From Candidatus Heimdallarchaeota archaeon (GTDB lineage Archaea; Asgardarchaeota; Heimdallarchaeia; Heimdallarchaeales; Kariarchaeaceae), in assembly GCA_030149205.1 (NCBI GenBank), contig JASBSB010000003.1:300001-332000 (forward strand): DNA of 32,000 bases, given 5' to 3'. Of the stretch, positions 25,380 through 32,000 are shown piece after piece. The position numbers and the translations under genes were made by a program. The stretch's first letter is position 1. Every line of letters begins with the position of its first letter. The notes beneath the pieces were generated by a model. That model was given only the letters and a program-made list of their open reading frames with translations, ran no database searches and was not told the origin of the DNA.

Positions 25380-26537
25380 GTGATTAAAATAGGACTAATT
25401 CTTGAATTTGAAGGGAAAAATCTTTTTCGTAAGTATAACATCCCTCTTGTAAACTCCATGCTTGTCACCAACGAACAAGAAGCTATTGAAGCTTCTCAAA
25501 AGTTGGGGCTACCAGTTGCAGTCAAAGCACAGGTACTATCTGGTGGGAGAGGGAAGCGAGGATTAATTAAAATTGCTAAGACCCCTGAAGAAGTGGTTGA
25601 GAAAGCAAAAGAGATTCTTAATATGGAATCTGATGGAAGGCCAGTGACTCATTTATTAATAGAGGAAGCAGAGACAATAAAACAAGAACTCTTTGTGTCA
25701 ATGCTTTTTGATCCAGAAACCTATGATGTGAAAGTGCTTTTTAGCCCAAAAGGAGGGATTGACATCGAAACACTGGCTAAGGAAGAACCAGAGGCAATTG
25801 AAACGTTTATTATTCCATTTGGTGATCGATCATATCCTTATTACTTCATGTATAAGTTAAAAGAAAGAGGGATACAAAGCAAACAGGTTGTGCCTCTTGC
25901 AAGAATAATTTCAACTCTGGTCAAAATGCTTTATGATGAAGACCTACAGTTAGCGGAGATAAACCCTCTGGTAATTAATGACAAGGGAGAAGTTATTGCC
26001 TTAGATTCAAGAGTGGTAACTGACGATGATGCCTTGTTCAAGCATCCTGAGAGAAAAAACTATCTTTCAGAAACACTACGACACACAAAAGCTGAAAAAG
26101 AGGCTGAAGAAGCGGGTCTCTCATTTGTTGACCTTGATGGAGACATAGGAATGCTCTCGTGTGGTGCTGGAATGGGAATGGCAACAGCAGACCTCATTGA
26201 ATATTTTGGAGGTGAACCTAGGAACTTTTTAGATGTTGGTGGTGGGGCATCTCCTGAAAAAGTTTCAGAAGCATTAAGGATCATGATGGAAGAAGGTGGC
26301 CTTAAAGCGATTCTGATCAATGCATTTGGAGGTATAACCAGACTTGATGATGTTGCGAAAGGAATAATTGATGCCAAAGAAAAATATAACATTAATATAC
26401 CTCTTGTCATCAGATTAACTGGGACAAACCAGGAGGAAGGTGTTAGGATTTTGAAGGAGCATGGGCTAAAGGCATATTTAGACATGGAAGAGTCCATTGA
26501 AGATGTGGTCAAAGAGTCAAGAGGAGGTCAAAATTAA
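25380..26537 (+). CDS. sucC: Succinyl-CoA synthetase beta subunit
   Basis: [54 protein letters not shown]. Confidence 0.96.
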   Translation: MIKIGLILEFEGKNLFRKYNIPLVNSMLVTNEQEAIEASQKLGLPVAVKAQVLSGGRGKRGLIKIAKTPEEVVEKAKEILNMESDGRPVTHLLIEEAETIKQELFVSMLFDPETYDVKVLFSPKGGIDIETLAKEEPEAIETFIIPFGDRSYPYYFMYKLKERGIQSKQVVPLARIISTLVKMLYDEDLQLAEINPLVINDKGEVIALDSRVVTDDDALFKHPERKNYLSETLRHTKAEKEAEEAGLSFVDLDGDIGMLSCGAGMGMATADLIEYFGGEPRNFLDVGGGASPEKVSEALRIMMEEGGLKAILINAFGGITRLDDVAKGIIDAKEKYNINIPLVIRLTGTNQEEGVRILKEHGLKAYLDMEESIEDVVKESRGGQN

Positions 26538-26538
26538 G

Positions 26539-27399
26539 ATGGCAGTATTATTAACCAAAGATACAAAAGTTATTGTTCAAGGTATTACCGGATATCAAGG
26601 ATTATTTCATGCAAAGAAAATGAGAGAGTATGGAACTCAGGTTGTTGGTGGAACGAGACCTGGTAAAGGTGGTACTGAAATTGAGGGTTTCAAGGTTTTT
26701 GATACCGTAAAGGAGGCTATGCAGGAGACAGGAGCTACAGCTTCAGTAATTTTTATTCCTGCATCAGGAGTCAAGGAAGCAGCCTTTGAAGCAATAGATG
26801 CTGGAATTGAGTTGTTAGTTGTAATAACTGAGCATGTGCCTAAGGTTGATGTCATAACCATAGTGGAAAAGGCCAAAAAACATAAAATTAACATGATTGG
26901 ACCTAATTGTCCCGGAATAATAACTCCAGGTCAAGCAAAGATTGGAATTACACCTGGGAACATCGTATCACCTGGAAAGGTGGGAGTTGTCTCAAGATCT
27001 GGAACACTTACATATGAGGTTTTAGAGCAACTAACAAAAGCTGGTGTTGGTCAATCAACATGTGTTGGCATTGGAGGAGATCCCTACAAAGCAACTAATT
27101 TTATCGAAGTTTTAGAGATGTTCGAAAAAGATCCAGAGACTGAGAAAATTGTAATGATCGGTGAGATTGGTGGAAGCGCCGAGGAAAAAGCAGCTCAATA
27201 TATTAAGGAACATGTTACCAAACCTGTCGTTGGTTTTATTGCTGGTAAAACAGCAAAAAAGGGGAAAACAATGGGTCATGCAGGTGCTATTATCCAAGGA
27301 AATGTGGGGACAGCAAAGGGGAAAATTGAAGCTCTTCAATCGGTTGGAGTCAAAGTTGCTGAAAGGTTATCTGAGATCCCTAAACTTCTTGAATCATAA
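26539..27399 (+). CDS. sucD: Succinyl-CoA synthetase alpha subunit
   Basis: [37 protein letters not shown] (phospho-His). ATG at 26539 with GGAGGT SD. Confidence 0.97.
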   Translation: MAVLLTKDTKVIVQGITGYQGLFHAKKMREYGTQVVGGTRPGKGGTEIEGFKVFDTVKEAMQETGATASVIFIPASGVKEAAFEAIDAGIELLVVITEHVPKVDVITIVEKAKKHKINMIGPNCPGIITPGQAKIGITPGNIVSPGKVGVVSRSGTLTYEVLEQLTKAGVGQSTCVGIGGDPYKATNFIEVLEMFEKDPETEKIVMIGEIGGSAEEKAAQYIKEHVTKPVVGFIAGKTAKKGKTMGHAGAIIQGNVGTAKGKIEALQSVGVKVAERLSEIPKLLES

Positions 27400-27466
27400 A
27401 ATTTGCATCTAATTTATTTTATTCTCATTACCTAGTAATTATAAAAGTTAATCCTTAATTTATTTC

Positions 27467-28051
27467 ATGAACAGTGTAACTTATCAGGAATCATCCATAT
27501 TCCAAAGAAAGTCATCAAGATTACATCACCCAGAAAAAATTATTCCAAAGTCTCTGATTCTTGAATTACTAAAAGCAGCCCAGTGGGCTCCATCATCCAG
27601 TAATAAACAACCTTGGAGATATATCATCTTTGATAAAAGCGACCCTGAGCAGTTTAAGAAGGGATTAGAGCTACTGTATGATGGGAATAAAAAGTGGGCA
27701 AAAAATGCATCACTACTTATTTTAGCAGTAGCAGAGGCTGAAGATGAAGAAGGTAAATTTATCCCCATCAGTTTACATGATCTTGGCTTAGCAAATGAGA
27801 ACATACTTATCAGAGCAACAGAGGCTGGGTTGGTGACAAGGCCAATGGGGGGTTTTGATAAGGCAAAGACAAAGCAATTTCTTGAACTTCCAAACTCTCT
27901 ATATCCTTTGGTTATGATAGCCGTTGGGTATCCAGGGGATAAAAATCATGTAGATCCCTCGATCGCTGAAAGAGAAAATGCTCCTCGTCAAAGAAAGAAT
28001 CTTTCAGAAATCGCATTTTTTGGAAACCTAGATAACCCAATAAAAGAATAA
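27467..28051 (+). CDS. Nitroreductase family protein
   Basis: RKSSR, AQWAPSSSNKQPW, MGGFD, IAVGYPG. Confidence 0.92.
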   Translation: MNSVTYQESSIFQRKSSRLHHPEKIIPKSLILELLKAAQWAPSSSNKQPWRYIIFDKSDPEQFKKGLELLYDGNKKWAKNASLLILAVAEAEDEEGKFIPISLHDLGLANENILIRATEAGLVTRPMGGFDKAKTKQFLELPNSLYPLVMIAVGYPGDKNHVDPSIAERENAPRQRKNLSEIAFFGNLDNPIKE

Positions 28052-28084
28052 CTAGTTTAAATACCAAAAAAAACCAACGACTTT

Positions 28085-28351
28085 ATGAATCTCACAAAGA
28101 CATTTGATTTAAATCCAGATCTTGTGGGAATCCTAGAGCATCTTTCTGAAAAACTACAGGTTACGAATGAAGATATTATAAAATTTGCAATTGAAAATTA
28201 TTTTCTTAAGGAGAATGAAAGGGAACTTAACACCTCTATTAGGATCTTTTTGCGCTTACAAACACAAGATATAGAAGTAACTAATCAGTTAGGAACTTCA
28301 ATTAAAACAAATAAGCTAGCAGACACACTAAATCTTATACTTGAGCACTAA
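28085..28351 (+). CDS. Small ribbon-helix-helix (CopG-like) DNA-binding protein, putative
   Basis: TKTFDL strand, LVGILEHLSEKL helix, NEDIIKFAIENY helix match the RHH pattern. Confidence 0.55.
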   Translation: MNLTKTFDLNPDLVGILEHLSEKLQVTNEDIIKFAIENYFLKENERELNTSIRIFLRLQTQDIEVTNQLGTSIKTNKLADTLNLILEH

Positions 28352-28457
28352 TAGAAAAGCATGAGTAGGAAAAAGCAAAGTGCGACAAAGAAAATGAATA
28401 GATATATATAGGTGAAAGAGAAATTATAGCAAATCACAAACAATATCGAAATGCACA

Positions 28458-28481
28458 AAAAATCAACATGTTTTGATTTTT
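28458..28481. repeat. Inverted repeat AAAAATCAA-N6-TTGATTTTT upstream of tfb
   Basis: Perfect 9-bp arms, about 10 nt upstream of a TATA-like ATATAAAT. Confidence 0.55.
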
Positions 28482-28538
28482 CTGCGCAAGATATAAATAT
28501 TGAAACGTGATAAATATACATTAACTTCAAAAAAAAGT

Positions 28539-28553
28539 ACCACCGTCGGTGGT
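28539..28553. repeat. GC-rich palindrome ACCACCG-T-CGGTGGT in the tfb leader
   Basis: Perfect 7-bp arms in AT-rich context, ending 17 nt before the ATG. Confidence 0.65.
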
Positions 28554-28570
28554 GAATTTGAGGGTTTAAT

Positions 28571-29518
28571 ATGAATGAAAAATGTACGGATTGCGGAAGC
28601 ACAAGGATCATCGAGAGGTATCGTGAAGGTACCATCGTATGTTCAGACTGTGGGTTAGTTATTGATCAAATAATAGATTCGAGGTCAGAGGTCACAACTC
28701 ACATCACAAATAATGGAGAAAAAATAGCAAGAACTGGTGCGCCAGTAACTGTATTAAGGGCTGATATGGGGTTGTCAACTGAGATCGGATACCATAATCG
28801 TGATGCAAATGGTGGAAAAATTAGCGTCTTAACCAGAGACAGATTGAGAAGATTGAGATGGTTAAATTCTAGAACATCTAAATCAGAAGTAAGAAACTTA
28901 AGGGTAGCACTGAGGGAGTTGAAAAGGATGAGTTCAACATTGGAATTATCACAAAACACCTCATCAACTGCATCTATGTATTACAGGAAGGCACTCAAGG
29001 CAAAACTAATCAGAGGTAGATCAATTAACTCAATGGTTGCAGCAGCAATATATCTTGCGGCAAGACAACATAATTTTCCAGTTGTAATCAAAGACCTTGA
29101 AGAAAACAGTCAGGTGGATAAGAAGGTTATTGCAAGATGTATGAGGGTATACATGCAAGAGTTAAATATAAAACCAGAGAGGAGTACCCCTGAATCAATG
29201 ATCCCCAGACTTGCAAGTGAGCTCGATATCACACCAGAAACTAAAAATGAAGCATTGAAGATCTTGAGAGAAACAAGGAACAATAGGCTTGATGTTGGAA
29301 AATCACCAATGTCGATTGCTGCTGCTGCGATATACTTAGCATGTCTGAGAACTGGAGAAAGAAGAACTCAACAGATGGTAGCTAAAATAGCAAAAACCAC
29401 ACCTGTAACCCTAAGAAACAGGTACAGGGAGATATCTGAAGCACTTACCATAGATGTTGAAGTCAAAAGAGGGGCTGCCGCAACCCCTGTGTATTTCAAG
29501 AAACCCTTTGAAGATTAG
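28571..29518 (+). CDS. tfb: Transcription initiation factor IIB (TFB), divergent B-reader
   Basis: CTDC/CSDC zinc ribbon, RTGAP, RNLRVALREL, IRGRSINSMVAAAIY, GKSPMSIAAAAIY, VTLRNRY. Confidence 0.96.
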   Translation: MNEKCTDCGSTRIIERYREGTIVCSDCGLVIDQIIDSRSEVTTHITNNGEKIARTGAPVTVLRADMGLSTEIGYHNRDANGGKISVLTRDRLRRLRWLNSRTSKSEVRNLRVALRELKRMSSTLELSQNTSSTASMYYRKALKAKLIRGRSINSMVAAAIYLAARQHNFPVVIKDLEENSQVDKKVIARCMRVYMQELNIKPERSTPESMIPRLASELDITPETKNEALKILRETRNNRLDVGKSPMSIAAAAIYLACLRTGERRTQQMVAKIAKTTPVTLRNRYREISEALTIDVEVKRGAAATPVYFKKPFED

Positions 29519-30048
29519 ATAAACCAACTATTATAAAGAACCGTCAAATAAAAGAATCCCAATCCGTACAATAAACCAATAATATATCCAAAAAAGACAT
29601 CGGTAAAATAATGCCTAAGTTTTGTGAGTCTTTGTAATGCGATAGTTATGCTCCATAAAAGTATAACAATCCACAGTAAATTATATGGAAAATAAAGAAT
29701 TGAGAACATAAAGATAAAAGCAGCCCGTGTGCTGTGACCAGATGGGAAAGAATAACGATCAAAATAGTGTTCAAGCTTAGGTTTTGGGATTGGACGCTCT
29801 CTTTTAACTCGCGACTTAATCACCATAAGTAAAAGGGTCAGACTGATTAACCCCAAAATCAATTCAAGAAGGAATAAAAAATTAAATCCAAAAAAAAGGA
29901 TTAAAAGTGCTAATATTATAAAAAATCCTTTTTGTGTTCCTGAGTATGAAATTGTGTCCAATGTAGAAATTAACAGTGGGTGTCTTGACAAGGTCTCATT
30001 AATACCATAAGTAAGCTTTTCATCGCTAGAATTAGCTTCCTTGCTCAT
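29515..30048 (-). CDS. PAP2-family membrane phosphatase
   Basis: KSRVKRERP, SFPSGHS, R.....HYFTDV motifs; ATG at 30048 preferred over the AT-rich track start at 30183. Confidence 0.9.
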   Translation of the reverse strand: MSKEANSSDEKLTYGINETLSRHPLLISTLDTISYSGTQKGFFIILALLILFFGFNFLFLLELILGLISLTLLLMVIKSRVKRERPIPKPKLEHYFDRYSFPSGHSTRAAFIFMFSILYFPYNLLWIVILLWSITIALQRLTKLRHYFTDVFFGYIIGLLYGLGFFYLTVLYNSWFI

Positions 30049-30286
30049 AATAGAATCTAAATTAAGGTTTATTATAGGGTTTCTTTGTTGACTTGATATC
30101 GTAACTATTATAAATTTCATCCATTTTTGAAAAAAAAGAAGATTCGAATTAAAAAAATTAAAAATATGCAAATTAAATTTCAAATAATTGAAAAATAGTC
30201 TAAAAAATAAAAAAAAAATAAAGCATTTTCATTAATAAATTAGCTCATAAAATGAATTTATAAAAGCTTGAGAAAAACTAAACAAA

Positions 30287-30772
30287 ATGGATGTACCTGA
30301 TGAATTAGATAAAAGAATCATTAGTGAACTGAGAAAAGATTCTCGGAAAAGTGTTCGAGATTTAGCTAAGGGGCTGGGAGAATCACCAAGTACTATTTAC
30401 AACAGAAGAAAAAGGTTAGAAGAAAGAGGAATTATAAAAAATTTCACTGTACATTTGGATTACAAAAAAATTGAACTAGCTTATGTTAGCTTCTTACTCT
30501 TCAAGGTAAATTTGGATCACGAGAAGCGGATCCGAGATGTGGCATCAGAATTACAAAAACTCGACTCTGTGTATGAGGTTCATATAATTACAGGACAGTA
30601 CAATATTATGGCTAAATTTAGAACTAACTCCCCCGAGGAATTAAGCAAATTAATTTTGGATCAAATTAACTCCATTAAGGGGATTATTGAAATTGAAACT
30701 TTTTTGGTTCTAGAAACAGAAAAAGAAGAGAACGATGTGTTCAACCCGTTTAAAGGAATCCCTACACAGTAA
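30287..30772 (+). CDS. Lrp/AsnC family transcriptional regulator
   Basis: DELDKRIISELRKDSRKSVRDLAKGLG...RLEERGII HTH; ITGQYNI RAM domain. Confidence 0.94.
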   Translation: MDVPDELDKRIISELRKDSRKSVRDLAKGLGESPSTIYNRRKRLEERGIIKNFTVHLDYKKIELAYVSFLLFKVNLDHEKRIRDVASELQKLDSVYEVHIITGQYNIMAKFRTNSPEELSKLILDQINSIKGIIEIETFLVLETEKEENDVFNPFKGIPTQ

Positions 30773-30832
30773 TCATCATAATGTGCAAAAAGAATCGAAT
30801 TAATAAAGGCTTAACTCAAAGAACAATTGAAG

Positions 30833-31702
30833 ATGAGTGAGGACAACAAAATTAATACTCCTGTGGAACAGAACAAGTCCGCTAGACCCAGAGAAACAAA
30901 GCTATTTGGAAGAGTTCACAACAACGATAACATAGCCTTTTTGAGAGAGAAAATACCAAATGATTTCGTTGACCTTACCCTCACAAGTCCACCGATTTAT
31001 GATGAAAATCTGTACACTAATACTGGTGGAGAAGGAGAATTCGGGTGGAAAACATTTGATCAATATCTTGCACACCTTTCAACGCTGTTGGAAGAGCTGT
31101 TCCGTGTTACTAAACCAGGAGGCATGCTAGTAGTAGAAACAATGTCTGGTCCAAATGAACATAAGAAGCAAATAAAGAAGCTATTCCCAATACCCGCTCG
31201 TATTACCCTATCAGCTTTGGAAAAACAATGGGAGTTTTGGGATGAGGTTATAATAGTTGGAATGCCAAATAATATAGTTTCCATTCCTAAACACTCTCCT
31301 CCTACGGCGCAAAACAAAATGATTCATAAACAATTATTGGTTTTCAGAAAACCTGGGAAGAAAAACCAATGTCGGAAAGCCAAAGGACATTATTTAAACT
31401 CAATCTGGACGATTACACCAAATAAGAGAGAAATGGAAAATTACGCAGATTATTCATACGGCATATTTTCTGAACACCTGATTAAGAGGGTTTTAAGTCT
31501 CTGGAGCTGCCAAAAAGACATTGTCTTAGACCCATTTGCGGGTACTGGACAGGTGATCCGTATAGGGAAAAAATTTAGAAGAAGAGTTTTTGGAATTGAG
31601 ATAGATCCAAAATTGGAAAAATATTGGGACGATATCAACAAACCAATTCAAAAAGTAAATGAACCTAAAGCTGATCAAAAACCAGATAAAGATACTACCT
31701 GA
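30833..31702 (+). CDS. Orphan beta-class DNA amino-methyltransferase-like protein with atypical motifs
   Basis: VDLTLTSPPIY (motif IV), RVTKPGG, IVLDPFAGTG (motif I), GIEID; motif order IV then I. Confidence 0.8.
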   Translation: MSEDNKINTPVEQNKSARPRETKLFGRVHNNDNIAFLREKIPNDFVDLTLTSPPIYDENLYTNTGGEGEFGWKTFDQYLAHLSTLLEELFRVTKPGGMLVVETMSGPNEHKKQIKKLFPIPARITLSALEKQWEFWDEVIIVGMPNNIVSIPKHSPPTAQNKMIHKQLLVFRKPGKKNQCRKAKGHYLNSIWTITPNKREMENYADYSYGIFSEHLIKRVLSLWSCQKDIVLDPFAGTGQVIRIGKKFRRRVFGIEIDPKLEKYWDDINKPIQKVNEPKADQKPDKDTT

Positions 31703-31744
31703 ATGAATAACACCTCTTATTAATCCATATTAAAGGTGGAATCC

Positions 31745-32000
31745 ATGAGAGTTTTAACTTCCCAAATCAAGCCTTTCAGAGAGAAGTTAATAACCGTAAG
31801 AGCAGAAGCAGAAATCTATAACGGTACATATCTGGGAATACCTGTGATTATCAAGGTTAGAAAACCAAAGCTGTATAGAAACTCAATACTTGACAAAATC
31901 ATTAGAGAAAAAAGAACCGTCTATGAAGCGAGATTGTTGCAAATTTGCTACTCCGGAGGTATAAATGTACCAAGAGTTTATTTTGTTGATAAAGTTAACT
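31745..32000 (+). CDS. bud32: KEOPS kinase Bud32, runs off the window
   Basis: Not in the ORF track; hand translation: MRVLTSQIKPFREKLITVRAEAEIYNGTYLGIPVIIKVRKPKLYRNSILDKIIREKRTVYEARLLQICYSGGINVPRVYFVD. GGTGG SD upstream. Confidence 0.88.
   Translation, partial: MRVLTSQIKPFREKLITVRAEAEIYNGTYLGIPVIIKVRKPKLYRNSILDKIIREKRTVYEARLLQICYSGGINVPRVYFVDKVN

Noticed and set aside
28361-28510. Tiny plus-strand ORFs MSRKKQSATKKMNRYI and MHKKSTCFDFSAQDINIET upstream of tfb
   Set aside because: Too short, with no clear SD or motif; expected by chance in A-rich DNA.
28348-28635. 95-aa minus-strand hydrophobic ORF
   Set aside because: It is the reverse complement of the A-rich tfb promoter region and overlaps the tfb start; the hydrophobicity reflects T-rich codons.
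1986-31641. Overlapping or antisense ORFs in the track (e.g. 1986-2207, 2600-2917, 3595-3849, 4420-5088, 6036-7586 set, 8743-9006, 17473-17787, 24492-24845, 26060-26894 set, 27112-27804 set, 28699-28959, 31060-31641)
   Set aside because: They lie within well-supported genes on another frame or strand and have no motifs; they are shadow ORFs.
30833-31702. Complete restriction-modification system
   Set aside because: The flanking genes are Lrp and bud32; there is no endonuclease candidate.
1-32000. CRISPR array, rRNA, IS elements, selenocysteine or pyrrolysine read-through, frameshifted genes
   Set aside because: No spaced direct repeats, rRNA-like segment, transposase or split gene was seen; all recognised genes appear intact apart from the two cut by the window edges.

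Overview
AT-rich archaeal chromosomal window made mostly of housekeeping genes; no CRISPR array, rRNA gene, transposase or integrase was found. It contains a rearranged version of the conserved archaeal information-processing cluster (spt4, dephospho-CoA kinase, rps24e, rps27ae, an inverted rpoE1, then rps6e, eif2g and a PIN gene), both primase subunits, tRNA-Arg(GCG), sucCD, an FTR1 iron permease, a divergent TFB, an Lrp regulator, an orphan DNA methyltransferase-like gene, and partial rocD and bud32 at the edges. It also encodes several large sequon-rich cell-surface proteins: two class III signal-peptide proteins, a LanC-like protein, and a DOMON/GIFT-like protein beside an ABC exporter. 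Archaeal origin is clear from the marker genes; an Asgard (Heimdallarchaeia-like) source is inferred mainly from the eukaryote-type PriL. The strongest leads are the eukaryote-type primase large subunit, a membrane-anchored hydrolase with cutinase/PETase-like active-site residues, a duplicated palindromic operator upstream of the iron permease, a Lys/Ser/Thr-rich tail on aIF2-gamma, a GldAFG-like ABC module, a methyltransferase with altered catalytic motifs, and an alternative TFB with a palindrome in its leader. All family comparisons rely on motifs recalled from memory; no database search was run.
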